Part shown: positions 48,903 through 64,000 of the stretch, in pieces
Layout: each line of letters starts with the position of its first letter
Position numbering within the stretch: the stretch's first letter is position 1
Assembly (NCBI RefSeq): GCF_009914755.1
Contig: NC_060930.1
Length of the DNA stretch: 64,000 nt
Strand: one strand, 5' to 3'
DNA from: the human T2T-CHM13v2.0 reference genome, Homo sapiens
Program-made: the position numbers and the translations under genes
Notes under the pieces: generated by a model
Seen by the model: the letters and a program-made list of their open reading frames with translations, nothing else
What the model was told of the DNA's origin: nothing
The model's database searches: none

Positions 48903-49838
48903 GTGGGAAGCAACCAGTGGAAAGCAATGGTAAGAGCCTGACAAATCTCATAAAATCTCCCATTATTTTTTTCTTGGTGCAAGAAAAAAGCAAGTCATTA
49001 AAAAGGAAGAGAATGTCGTGGTGACTGTGATGGGCCTACTTTGTACTTTTCACTGCTCTGGGGTGTTCTTGCCTGTCTAAAAGAATTTTGACAAACGTGA
49101 TACCTACCACATTTTTTTCAGTGGACATCTAACGTTTTTCATTAAGTTTAAATTTTTCTGAAGGATATAGTGACTTGTATCATAGGAATCTAAAAACCAC
49201 AGTAATTTAATACTTACCAGCAACCTTTTAAAAGAGAGAGGTGAACATTGCTACCTCTTTAATTGTGGAAGATTTTACATTGATCCTTTATTTTTCTGCA
49301 TTCATAGTGCCATTGCCTGTCTCTTATAGAATTTTTATCCCAGTACAATGTCATTTTGTAGTTTTTTCTTGATCTTTCTATGATACTTCTTTGGACCAAA
49401 TATAGGTATAAATATTGAAGTCCATTGTTATTTCCTGTTACCCAAAATGTGTGTTAAAAATAGTTTTTCTGGATTGTGTTATATTTGCATCTACTGCTAG
49501 TACATAATCAAAACATAATAGGTAAATAACAATTTTAAAGCCCCTTTACTGAAAGGTGTAATGGAAGTCAATGTGGAATTTGTCATCCCCTTTCCTCCAA
49601 GAAATTGTACACAATATGCAAGTCCACCTCGATGGATGGAGGCTCTAACTTAGTATTCCCAATTGTTTCCATGTTGGGAGCTCGAGAGGAGAGAATTTTT
49701 AGGCCTGGAGCAATGTGTCATAGGCAAACAACTACCAGAAATTTATCAAGTGATATCTTTCCATGGAGTGCCATCACTGATTTGATTATCAGACTTTTAG
49801 GGAAAATACAGAAGTAGATTTAAACTCTGAGTTGCCTG

Positions 49839-49911
49839 TAGGCCAGGATGGTTTTGATCTCTCAGTCTCTGAGGTCATGAGCCCAGCAGGCTTCTACTGT
49901 GCCACGCTGCT
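49839..49911 (-). pseudogene. Decayed initiator tRNA-Met copy
   Basis: Plus strand TAGGCCAGGATGGTTTTGATCTCTCAGTCTCTGAGGTCATGAGCCCAGCAGGCTTCTACTGTGCCACGCTGCT aligns end to end with 46132-46203 with many substitutions and a 1-nt insertion; CAT retained. Confidence 0.8.
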
Positions 49912-51026
49912 TACGAATAGGTAGCACTGCTAATATTCCGTTCAATTTTTACAGTTTTTCCAACATGAAGATGGTTTCATTGTTTTCCTGAGTCTTTTTC
50001 ATTCCTTCCTCCTTACTCACTCCTCCCTTTTTCTGCCTCTTTAAAATTGGCCCCTTCAAGAAGCAGGTGTCTTCAGTCCCTCCATCTCTACGCAGTCCCA
50101 ATCTGTCAAATATTTGACCTTTGAAGTCCTTTCTTCAAAAGCTTCCTTGAGCTCAGAGGAGGAACTACAGAGAGAATCCAGGAGGAGCCCAGCAAGCAAA
50201 GCCCTCGGGAAACCCTGCTTGAGAAGAACCGGGGGAGCTATGGAATTAACACCTCTGCCTCAGGGAGCAAGTGTCTTAACCACCTCCTATCAAAAATCTC
50301 AAAGGGTTTTCTTTGCATGGAAGGGAGCCAGACTTTCAGAATTTCATTTCTGATTGGATAACGTTTGGATCCGTTTTGACAGGAACCAGGAGTTCCTGTG
50401 TTTGAAAACCGGAGCTTATTTCAGGCAACTGGGCTTTTGTTGAGGCTGCCTCTGAGTTGGTATGTTCTAGGAGTTACCTGACTATATGCCAAATAATTTT
50501 CTTCCACACAGAAGTGACTAGAAGCCACATAAATATTGCCCACCAAACCCCAATTTTAAATCTCTACAATTTAACTTTCCAAAAACTCCTGTAGTCGTTC
50601 CTCCGACAGAACAAGTGTGACAGAGAAGTTGAAGTGGAAGGGACAGTGAAATTCCTGATTGTTTCATGTCCTCTCTTGCTTGTGGACTTTGCAGTTGCAT
50701 TTTCACTGGAGGGTCCTCCCCTTTTCTTATTTGCCAGTTCCTACTTGTCCTTCAGATCTCAGTTTAGACATAACCCATTACCTCTTTCTGAAAGTTTTTG
50801 CTGACTCCCCAAGAGTGGTTTTAGAAGCTCCTGGAATATACACAGGATTCCTGAGATTATTTTAGTTATATTAATAGTACTTACTATTATATGCATAAAT
50901 TAAATGATCGCTTACCTGATCCTACCCTAAATATTAGCATACTCAGGGCTCAGTCCTTAAATACCATATATATACAAATGCTTCTTTCCATCTTGGAATG
51001 CTGCTTCACACACCAGACTCGCTACC

Positions 51027-51331
51027 TTTTTTTTTTTTTTTTTGGGGGGACGGAGTCTTGCTCTGTGGCCCAGGCTGGAGTGCAGTGGCACGATCTCAGC
51101 TCACTGCAACCTCCCCTGCCTCCCAGGTTCCAGCGTTTCTACTGCCTCAGCATCCTGAATAGCTGAGATTACAGGCACATGACACCACACTCAACTAATT
51201 TTTGTATTTTTAGTAGAGATGGAGTTTCACTATATTGGCCAGGCTGGTCTCAAACTCCTGACCTCAGGTGATCCACCCACCTCGGCCTCCCAAAGTGCTA
51301 GGATTACAGGTGTGAGCCTTGGTGCCTGGTC
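51027..51331 (-). mobile_element. Alu
   Basis: Reverse-complement Alu consensus. Confidence 0.9.
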
Positions 51332-51399
51332 TGCAGCTGCTTTTTTGACAAGCATTTTTTACCTTTCAAAAAAATAAACTCCTGGTTATTCTTCCAGGC

Positions 51400-52215
51400 T
51401 TGCTTCTCAAGAATCTTCCCCATCTCAATAAACAGCCAGTCCATCCGTGCTATCATCTGTGATTGCTCTTTCCTTCAGATCCTATATCCCATCAGCTCTA
51501 ACTTCAAAATATATCCATAACCTAACCATTTTTTTTTTACCACTTCCATTGCTACCATGCTAGAAAATCTATCATCACATCTCACACAGATTTTCACAAT
51601 ATGCTCTTCACTGGTCTCCCTGCTTCTATTTATCACCGCCCTCTTACTATGTATTCTAAATGCAGCAGCAGTGCCTCTGTTCAAGACTCTCCCAGGGTTC
51701 CCTTCTCATTCAATTTAATAGCCAAAGTGCTTCTAGTGGCCTGTGAGGGCTCTTCTCCCTGTTCTTCCCCTCTAGCCACAAGACCCCCTTGCTCTTCCTC
51801 AAATGTCAGGCATACTCCTGCCTCAGGCCTTTGCACTTGCTGTTTGCCTGGAAACTCCTTTTCCCAAATATGTGCCCTGTTCCTTTCCTTATCCCCTTTA
51901 GGTCTTTTCTTAAATATCACTTTCTCAGTGGGGACTTCTCCTGTTCGACATCTTTAAAAATACAAAACATTGAAAAAAAAAAAAACACCAGCCATTGCTA
52001 TTATCTTTCCTGCTTTATTTTTCTAAGTAATGCTTATCACTATCTAGTATATTACATATTTTACTTATTCATTTCATTTCTTTGCATTTCACGTTAGAAT
52101 ACAAAATCCATGAGGAGAGGAAGTTTTGCCCATTTTATTCACAGCCATAGCCCCAGTGCCCAGCAGAGTACTTGTGATGTAGCAGCTACTCATTAATAAT
52201 TTGTTAAATAAATGG
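51400..52215 (+). mobile_element. L2 3' region
   Basis: CTCCTGCCTCAGGCCTTTGCACTTGCTGTT...GCCTGGAA; terminus TAATTTGTTAAATAAATG. Confidence 0.8.
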
Positions 52216-53164
52216 TTCACCAGAGTACAAGGAAACACTCAATACATAAGTTTTTCCTGAAAGGGGACAGGAATGGTCTGTTCATTGCTAAATGTTCTGA
52301 ACTCTGTTTGTATAGCTCCCTGTTGTGATTATGTGTGTAAACCTGACCAAATTGCTAACCACAGGGCTGTTTAATCACATTGATCCACCATGCTGGTCAG
52401 TGCTTGTATGAGAAGTTAAAGCTTGACCCTGCAGTAGGACTAAGCATCTGAGACTTACAGTCCCATCTGGGGAGCTGCAGGTATTGATCCGCGTAATCCC
52501 TAATTCTTTCCAAACCTTTTCTCTGTCCAGAAACAAACACTGACTCCTGAGCTCCTGGCTCCTAAGAATGAAGATAACACATGAAGCCTTGAGGGAGTGG
52601 GAATCTGTTCTAAGAAGACATACTTTTCTCTGAGGTCTCTTATAGGGCTTTAAGAGATTTTGTTTGTTAATTTGGCTTATATTTTGAAAAGGTAATACAC
52701 TCACAGAGTTTAAAAGACAAATAAATAGTTACAGTGAAAAGTTTCCTCCCATCCGTCACCTACCTACTTGGTTTCTACCCTTTCCTTCATCCTCCAGAGG
52801 TTTCTGCTATTATTAATTTCTTGTCTATTCTTCTTTATCTACTTGCATATAAATACAAATATAGATTCATATGTTCTGGACCTTGCTTTTGATACTTCAC
52901 AATATATTTTGGAACTCTTTCCACATTAATATATAAAAAGCTTCCGTGTTTATGTTTTTCTATTGTGAAATATACAGAGAAGTAAATAAGACCTACGTGT
53001 AGAGCTTTGAAAAGTAGTTTTACAGTGTACACATGTTTAACCATAACTCAGGATAAATAGAGCAACGCTGTCATGCCTCTTCCATTCACAACCTCTGCCT
53101 TGCACACTCTCTTCACTCCCACAGAAAATCACAATCCTGACTTATGGTAATCATTTATTTACAT

Positions 53165-53468
53165 TCTTTTTTTTTGTTTGTTTTTTTGAGACAGAGCCTC
53201 TCTCTGTCGCCCAGCCTGGAGTGCATTGGGGTGATCTCAGCTCACTGCAACCTCCGCCTCTCAGGTTCAAGTGATTCTCATGCCTCAGCCTCCCGAGTAG
53301 CTGGGATTATAAGCACACACCATCACATCCGGCTAATTTTTGTATTTTTAGTAGAGACAGGGGTTCACCTCGTTGGCCCGGCTGGTCTCAAACTCCTGAC
53401 CTCAGGTGATCTGCCAACCTCGGCCTCCCAAAGTTCTGGGATTACAGGCATGAGCCACTGTGCCCAGT
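53165..53468 (-). mobile_element. Alu within an old minus-strand L1 fragment
   Basis: Reverse-complement Alu, target-site duplication CATTTATTTACATT. Confidence 0.92.
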
Positions 53469-53907
53469 CCATTTATTTACATTTTAATACATTTTACCAC
53501 CTACACATATATCCCTGAACAATACAACATAATTTTGTTTGATTTGAAATTTACATAAGTATAATCATACTTTCTTTTTGTGTCGCCTTTTCACAAAATT
53601 ATTTTTATAAGATTCATTCATATTGTACATATCTCTGACCTGTCCGTTGTCATTGTTGACTTGCATTCAACACTATCCAATTTCTGTAAATGAGCACGCA
53701 GGTTGTTTCTAGTTCTTGGTTATACAAACAATACTACTATGAACATTCTCGTACATATTTGCACATGTGCAAACATTTCTCTTGGATATATATCTAGGAT
53801 AATTGGATATGTATATCCTTAACTTACTGAATAATATCCAACTGTTTTCTAAAGTGGTTTTATCAATTTAGATTCTCAGTAGTAGTGATGAAAGTTCTTA
53901 CTACTTG

Positions 53908-54203
<296 letters not shown>

Positions 54204-54326
54204 TCACATCCTTACCAATAATGATTACTTTTTGTCTTTTTAATTTTAGCAATTCTGGTAGAAGATCAGTAGTATCTAATTACAGGATTAATTTGCAATT
54301 TCCTAATTTCTAATACGGGTGATTGC

Positions 54327-55175
<849 letters not shown>

Positions 55176-55365
55176 AACAGAACTATTAACTTTCAATGTG
55201 ACCATTTTGGATCTCATCTTGTGGGAAGTCTCTGTTTTTCCCCATTTTTCTATTGAATTGTCTATATTTTTCTCATGGACTGATACAAGTTCTTTATATA
55301 TTCTGTGTTTTCATGTCAATTCTGGGTAAATTATTTATATTGCAAATAACTTCTCTGACCTGTGA

Positions 55366-55734
<369 letters not shown>

Positions 55735-56328
55735 TATTTCATTTATTCTTAACTTACAAATTTAATGTCATTGAATTCATCTTTTCCCCTAATATTTAGT
55801 ATCATTATGTGTTGTTCCTTGTTTAAGAAATCCTCTCCTATCCAAAAGTCCTGTGGATATTTTCTATATTCTCTTCTAAATGCTGCACCTGAAATTTTAA
55901 TGTGTGTGATATATTTTCCATAAGGATATCTAATTATGTCAGCATGATTTACTGAATAGTTCTTTCTTTTCTTACACTTCTACAGTATCCCATTTATTAT
56001 CCACCAAATGTGCTTTTTTTTTTGTTGGTCCATTGGTCCATTTGTCCATCCTTGTACCGATACCACACTGTCAGTTTACAAAGCTTTAAATGAAGTTTTC
56101 ACACAGGGTTGAACAAGTTTTCTCTTAGTTCCTTCTTCATCAAGAATGTTTTAGCTATTCTTGGCTCTTTACATTTTCATTAAAATATTTAGAAAAGCTT
56201 ATTAAACTCAATAAAATTTTGAGATTTTAGTTGGAGTTACATTAATCTATTAATTTTAGATGAACAGATATTTAACAATATTGTAGGATTTTACAACTCA
56301 TGAATATGTACTTTTGTTTCTCTAAGTC

Positions 56329-56634
<306 letters not shown>

Positions 56635-56789
56635 TCATTATTATATTGTATAATTACAATAATAATAAAATACCCACAAAGTATCTGGCACTTTATATCA
56701 TCTCATTTAACCCCTAATGAAACTCTGTGTAGGTAATCATGCATATTTTACAGATGAAGGAACTACCTCTGAGAGGTTATATTAACTGA

Positions 56790-57137
<348 letters not shown>

Positions 57138-57730
57138 TAAACATTTTCTATACTGCTTCTCGCAAATGTGCATTCCATTTAAGATAATGGATATACTCTT
57201 CAACATTATCCTGTTGGGGGGGTCCACCAGATTGAGTCTGGTTAACAAGTTTCATGTCTGTAATAGACTGAAGGGAACTGACTTTGATTTCCAGGTAAGT
57301 TAGAGTAAAACAAATGCTCCAACGTCCCTGACAGATTTGGGTGGAGAGTACGTGGGTACTTAAGAAAGCAACAAACCTTCACCTTTCTTGAAGCATGATT
57401 TAGATTTCCTTTGTAATATGTTTGCTTTGGAGGTGCTCGTATTCGGCTTGCTGCCCAGATTTGGGCACATCACTTGGGAAGAAAGGTCTATTAATAGTTG
57501 ATAATTTAAGATTAAGCTCAAAACCACGTTTTGGGAAAAGGCCAATCTCCCACATCTTGAACATGGCTGTACCTTCTGAGCATGTACCTGCCCCATAGAG
57601 GCACTTTCTCTCAGCCTTTTCACTTCTCCAAAGATTGTGCTAACCTACTGGGACATCTAACCTACCAACCTACCCTCCTGCCTGAATTCATGATCGATGA
57701 ATTTATGATGAAACCAGATCATTTTCTTTT

Positions 57731-57888
57731 CACACATCACCACACCCAGCTAATTTATATATTTTTTTTGTAGAGACAGGGTTTTGCCATGTTGCCCAAG
57801 CTGGTTTCAAACTCTTGAGCTCAAGTTTTCCACCCTCCTCAGCCTCCCAAAGTGCTAGGATTATATGCATGAACCAATGCACCCAGCT
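57731..57888 (-). mobile_element. Alu fragment (left arm plus start of right arm)
   Basis: Partial reverse-complement Alu flanked by TGAAACCAG.TCATTTTCT. Confidence 0.8.
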
Positions 57889-58718
57889 GAAACCAGGTCA
57901 TTTTCTATTGAAATGTAACTGGTAAGAGATACAATCAATTTAAGACCTCTGCTGACTGCTTATTATCATGCTTCCCTTTAAAGCCATTTGAAACTTTCCT
58001 TATTCTCATCACAGGCACATGAGGTAATATGACTCATTTATGGTCAATGGAATATATATTAAAATATTGCACAAAACCTGTAGGTCATGCCTCTAATGGG
58101 AAAATGTCATCTTTCAATTCCTGCCAGCTTGAAAACAGGCAAGATGCCTTAACCTCAAAATGGAAGCATAGGTTGAAGATGATGGAGCAATGAGATTGCA
58201 AGATCCTATGTTCCTGCTATTATGGACTTCTTATATCTGTGAATTCTGGGTGGCTTATGTCCTTAGACTTTGTGTAACCACTGATATTCTGAGTCTAAGA
58301 CATATTCCTATATACTAACAACCTCTGAGTACAGAGCCAAACCTGAATGGAAATCAAGTAGGTATAACAAATAACCTCAGTATATTAAAACATGCATGTA
58401 AAGAGAAATGGAAGAAGTTATTTTACATTAATAAAGACTAACAGGCTCCTCTCATAAACAGGAAAAACCAAATTGATACTTCATGAAGACCAAACCAACT
58501 AAGTGATTCACTATTTCAATGGGAGAGTTATTTCCAAAGTTATTTTTGAATAAGCTATGGAAGAACATGCCAGAATAAATTATGCATGAAGGTCCAGTAT
58601 CCATAGCTGGAGTTTGGTGGTCAGTTGCTAGAGATAATTGAGCATATCAAGTTAAAAAATTCCAAGACAGTTGTGTTAAGTATAGGAGTTAGAAATTATT
58701 ATGGAGACCGACATCTAT

Positions 58719-59085
58719 TGTCTTAGTTTATTCAGGATGCTATAACAAAATACCTTAGACTAGGTAATTTATAAACAACAGAAATGTATTGTTCACAGTT
58801 TTGAGGGCTGGAAATTTCATTCAAGATCAAGGTGCCAGCAGATTTGGTGTCTGATGAGGGCTTGCTCTCTGCTTGATAGATGATGCCTTCTATGTGTCCT
58901 TGCATGGCCCAAATGGCAAACAAGCTCCCCCAGGCTTCTTTTATAAAAGGAATAATTTTATTCATGAGGGTGTAGCCTTCATTAACTGATTATCTCTCAA
59001 AGGATACAGCTCTTAATACCATCACATTGGGGATTAGGTTTCAACATATGAATTTTGTATGGATGCAAACATTCGGACCATACCA
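58719..59085. mobile_element. MaLR LTR (MLT1A/MST-like)
   Basis: TGTCTTAGTT...GCTATAACAAAATACC...CAAGATCAAGGTGCCAGCAGATT...CAAACATTC. Confidence 0.85.
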
Positions 59086-59180
59086 TTTCTGTACCTTAGT
59101 TGTCTATTTAAAGAAATAAAAGATTGCTGGATAGCATCAACTTTGATTTGAGTAATCACTGTAAATTTTGATTTAATTCA

Positions 59181-59261
59181 TTTTAAATATATATATAAGT
59201 ATATATATTTAAATATATAAATATATATATAAGTATATATATTTAAATATATAAATATATA
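59181..59261. repeat. AT-rich tandem duplication (about 34-bp unit)
   Basis: AATATATATATAAGTATATATATTTAAATATATA twice. Confidence 0.85.
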
Positions 59262-60331
59262 GTGAAAGGTAGATGTGGTTATATATTTGTGGGTTGAACC
59301 AAACAGTTCTAAGACTCATCTTGCAAACCAAATAAAGTGCATGCCTTCCTTATGCTCTTGTTATTACAGAACTCACTTTCAGTCAATGTTACTAAAGCAT
59401 CCTCCCTTATGCAGTTAATATTACAACACTCTTCCTGGGTCAATGAAAATTCACTGAGCATCTACTAAATCTCTACTTTTACCTAGCTTCTGTGAAGTTC
59501 TAAAACTCTAACGTATGGATCCTACCCTCAAAGAACTTGTTACTGAACATCACAGTACCAATACGTACTAAACACCATGAGAATATACACTACAGAAATT
59601 CAAAAAAAGAAGAGATGAGTGTTGAATGGAGCTGATGAAGGCAAATAATAATAAACTAAAACTATGTATGTGCTAGGCCGGCCATGAGAAGCTTGAAAGA
59701 GGTAGGAGTAAGAAAAACAAAGGAGGATATTCCAGTTGCAGTTAGCACATGGTAAAAGTGTTGGGAAGTAGGAGTGAAAGTGACTGAAATGTGTTTCAGT
59801 GAGTAGGATGGTATTTGCTGTATGGGGAATTCAGTAAATGAATTTTCTCAGGTTGAAACAGCAACAACAAAAAAGCCATATGATTATAGGTGCATGACAA
59901 TCTTACATTTAACTAATATTAATACTTTAAAAATCCATTGCATAATAATTCACTACAGTATTCTTATATTCCAAGACCATCAAATTTGCTTAGTTATCAA
60001 GTTCCATTTTTTTTTTAAAAAAAGTTTCTTTGCATATAAAACAATACATGTGCACTAAGATTGGAAAATAAAATGATAACCAATAAAATCCCACATTTTG
60101 TTGCATATAATTCGAGTGATTATATAAATTATTTATATATATACACACACACTGTACTTAGTTTTAACCTTTTTTTGCTTTATATTAATTTTTACTAAAT
60201 ATTCTATATTATTATTTTTAAAGATTCTATAATATTCCAGCTTATTTAACCAATTTCCCACTGTGAAACACAAATTGGTTGTTTCTAGCTTTTCATCCAT
60301 GTAGCAAAGTTAAATTAATAATCCTTGTTGT

Positions 60332-60653
60332 GGCCAGGGGCAATGGCTCATGTCTATAATCCTAGCACTTTAGTAGGCTGAGGAGGGCGGATTGCTTGAG
60401 TCCAGGAGTTTGAGACCAGTCTGGGCAAAATGGAAAAAGCCTATCTCTACCAAAAATAAAAAAATTAACTGAGCATGGTGGCACATGCCTATAGTCCCAG
60501 CTATAGGCCCAGCCTCCCTGGGAGACTGAGGTGGGAGGGTCACCTGAGCCCAGGGAGGTCAAGACTGCAGTGAGCTGTGATTGCACCATTGCACTCCAGC
60601 CTATGAGACAGACTGAGACTCCATCTCAAAAAAAAAAAAAAAAAAAAAAAAAA
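60332..60653 (+). mobile_element. Alu (AluJ-like)
   Basis: Alu consensus, poly-A, flanks AATCCT. Confidence 0.9.
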
Positions 60654-60663
60654 TCCTCATTAA

Positions 60664-63600
60664 GAGGGGGCTTCAAGATCCCTGACTAGAGGCACCCAGC
60701 ACTTGCCTCTTTACACAGAAGGATTAAAACAGTGAGTAGATAACAACATATAAAATAACAGCTTCTAAGAGGGAACACTGGAATTCAGCAGGGAAGTGAC
60801 AGGGAACCTCTGAGGCATGAAAGAAGAGGGAAGGAAAGCAGCTGGCCAAGCTGGATCAGCTCAGAGCCAGGAGGAAGTCCCCATTGCAGGAGGAGTAGGG
60901 GAAAGTAAGGGAGAGAATGCCAACAGTCGGTATTCCCACCATGGACTCCTGGAATCCTAACCAGCCACAAGAGAGCCCCTTGGCCCTCACAGGCCCTGAG
61001 ACTTGTATAGGGAGCTGCCTGGAGTCCACACAATGGCATTGTTCCACAGGAGTTTGTGCTGGGTCCCACCAAGCTTCTGAGACCCAAGCAGTTGCAGCAT
61101 GGTACTATATTGAGAGCCCAGCCCCCGCTGGACTACATCCTGCCCTGGGACTCCACAGCCCCCGCATCTCCACATCCCTAAAGCCCTGCTAACATACTCT
61201 CATGCCCACCCAGAGGGCTTCAGTGTCACTATGCTGGATGGATCCAGCAGTGCAGCCAGGTCCCCAGCACTGTTGTTCACAGTGTCTTACACCCTGGGAA
61301 GTGGGCAGTGCAACAAACTAGAGAGAGTGACCCCAGAATAAAAGGAGCGGAACCATGTACTCCCTAGATCATGAAAGCCACCTACTTAGGGCTGCTGCCA
61401 CTGACAGCAACCCTATCTCCTTCAGGGCTGGGGCACTACACATCTGCATGTACCTTCAAGGGCCCTGAGGAATGGTCAACCAACATACTGTTTTGGGGCC
61501 TGAGGACAGGCCAACTCCAACTGTTGCCAACAGTGCCTGAGTGCACCATCTATAGGCCTGTGTATCAAACTGCCGTGCCTACTGCAACTGGTGGTGATGT
61601 GTGCCATCCAGGGGCCTGAGGACAGGTCTACCCAGCTGACCACCACCACCACTGGTGCCCAAGCATGTTATCTAAGGGTCTGGAGATTGACCCACCCTGC
61701 CTGTCAGTGCTGTCCATGCAAGCTGTCTGGAGGCCTGGAGATAGGCCTACCTTGCCCACCACTACTGGCATACATGTGTGCCATCCAGAGGTGTAAGACA
61801 TGCACATTTCATCTTCTGCCAGTGTCCACATATGCCTCCCAGGGGCCCAGGGACTAGCCCACCCAGCCTGCCACTACCACAGCCACTGGCAGTCACCCAC
61901 ATGTGCCACCCAGGGCCCTGGAGACTAGATTACCTGGTCTGCTGGTGCCACTGCTGGTGCCACATGCATTGCTTGGGGTCCAAAGATTGGTCTACCATCA
62001 TTGCCACTAGTGACCCCACGCACACCATGTGAGGGCCCAAGGACCTGCCCACCTAGTCCACTGCTGCCACTGCTAGCACCCAAGCAAGCCAGCTGGAGGC
62101 CCAAACACTGGTCCACTCAAGGGCCCATGAACTGGCACACCCAGCCCACTGCCACCAACACTGGTGCTGAAGGACCAGCCCACCTGGCATTCCATCCCTT
62201 GCAAAGCCTCACCACAGCCTTCATTAACAACTGCAACATAAGCCACTGAGAAAATCATAGACATTACTGACACTGATTATAGCCATAGAAACTATACTAC
62301 TGTGCCCATCTAGAATCAACACCAACGCACGATACCCAACCAACAATACAGATAGCCTTTAAAGGAAAAAGTTTTTTTCCCTACAAAAGGCAATCCACAA
62401 AATTGGAAGAAGTGACTGTTACTCCAGATGCACAGATATCGACGTGGGCATGAGAAACATAAAAAAAGCAAGAAACATGACATCTCCAAAAGAAAACAGT
62501 AATTATTCAGTAATAGTTATCAATGAAAAATCTTTGAAATGCCTAAAAAAAATTAAAATAATGATATTAAAGAAACTCAGTGAGGTTGGACGCGGTGGCT
62601 CATGCCTGTAATCCCAACACTTTGGGAGGCTGAGGCGGGTGGATCATGAGGTCAGGAGATCAAGACTATTCTGGCTAACATGGTGAAACCCCGTCTCTAC
62701 TAAAAATACAAAAATTAGCTGGGCATAGTGGCACATGCCTATAATCCCAGCTATTCAGGAGGCTGAGGCAGGAGAATTGCTTGAACCTGGGAGGCAGAGG
62801 TTGCGGTGAGCTGAGATTGTGCTATGCACTCTGGCCTGGGCGACAGAGCGAGACTCCATCTCAAAAAAAAAAAAAAAAAAAAGATGAACAATACAGAGGA
62901 ATCAGAATAACAGTTAATTACCTGAATGAGAAATTCAATAAAGAGATATCATAAAAAGGAACCTAACAGAAATCCTGGAATTCAATGACTAAAATTGAAA
63001 ATACAATCAAGGGCTTCAACAACAGATCAAGTCAAGCAGACAAAATAATTTCTGAACTTGAAGACGGGTCCTTTGAAATAACCCAGCACACCAAAAAAAT
63101 AAATAAATAAAATTAAAAAGAATGATAAGTCTACATAATGTATGGGACACCATAAAGTGACCAAATATTTGAATTCTGGGAATTCTAAGAGGAGAAAACA
63201 TGGAAAGAGGCACAGAAAACCTATTTAATAAAATAATATCTGAAAAATTCCCAAGTCTTGAAAGAGATATAGATAACTAGGTACAAAAAGAACAAAGATC
63301 CCCAAATAGACTGAACCCAAGGCAGGTTATAGTCAAATTGTCAAAAGTCAAAGACAAAGAATTCTAAGAACAGCAAAAGAAAAGCATCGAGTAACATAAA
63401 AGGGAATCACCATCAGACTAACAGGGAATTTTTCTGTGGAGAAATTCAGGAGAGAATGGGATAAGAAATTCAAAGTGCTGAAAGGGAAAAGAAAATCCAA
63501 AACTGTCAGCCAAGTCTACCATACCCAGCAAAGCTATCCTTAAAAATGTAGAATAAAGAAAGTCTTTCCCAGACAAGCAAAAACTGAGGGAACTCATCAG

Positions 63601-64000
63601 TCCTAAAGAAATGCTTAAGGGAATCCTACATCTGAAAACAAAAGGACACTGTCTACCATCAGGAAAACACAGAGAAGTATAAAACTCACTTGTAGAATGG
63701 ATAGACAAATGAGAAGGGAGTCAAAGTTACCACTACAAAAAAAATTGTAAAGGTAAAGAATAAAAGAGAAAGGAACAAAGAATATACAAAACAATCAGGA
63801 CACAACAAACAAAATGGCAGGAGTAAGTCCTCGCCTATCAATAATAACCTTGAATGTACATAGTTTATATAATTATATAATGATGAAGGGATAAATTCAG
63901 CAAAAGGACCTAACAATTGTAAATATATATGCACCCAACACTGGAGCACCCAGATGTATAAAGCAATTATTATTAGAGCTAAAGAGAGAGATCTTAATAA
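60664..64000 (+). mobile_element. L1 with its 5' end (L1M/L1PB-like 5' UTR, decayed ORF1, start of ORF2), continuing past the window; Alu inserted at 62584-62882
   Basis: Starts GAGGGGGCTTCAAGAT.CCTGACTAGAGGCA; GC-rich repeated 5' UTR; ORF1-like A-rich region; ATGGCAGGAGTAAGTCC...ATAACCTTGAATGTA marks the ORF2 start. Confidence 0.88.

Noticed and set aside
50230-50292. Faint tRNA-like signal on the minus strand (GTGGTTAAGACACTTGC...TTAATTCC)
   Set aside because: Could not build acceptor or T stems; a covariance-model search would be needed

Overview
Primate (very probably human) genomic DNA that I recognise as the tRNA-gene-rich region of chr6p22.1, the extended MHC. The locus identity and all gene symbols come from memory, not from a search. 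The window holds eight tRNA or tRNA-derived loci: Val-TAC, an Ile-bodied Ser-ACT, Gln-CTG, Ser-GCT, an iMet-bodied Thr-CGT, an intact iMet-CAT, Lys-TTT and a decayed iMet copy. It also holds the uninterrupted POM121L2 retrogene CDS (minus strand, 1035 aa) with its CpG island, the vomeronasal receptor pseudogene VN1R10P, and a dense background of Alu, L1, L2, MIR, LTR and DNA-transposon fossils, which explain most short ORFs in the track. Best leads: (1) three anticodon-switched tRNA genes within 13 kb, including an initiator-tRNA body that would read ACG; (2) POM121L2 starts at what looks like an internal POM121 methionine, losing the transmembrane anchor and exposing a textbook N-myristoylation motif; (3) a complete plus-strand mini-intron in the POM121L2 CpG island, implying a divergent spliced RNA; (4) a candidate fossil V1R promoter and 5' exon; (5) a 58-bp target-site duplication around an Alu; (6) a duplicated CCAAT+TGACAG module upstream of two iMet copies. 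I found no sequence-level proof of a wholly new biological system; these are testable hypotheses. Repeat boundaries and subfamilies are approximate, by eye.
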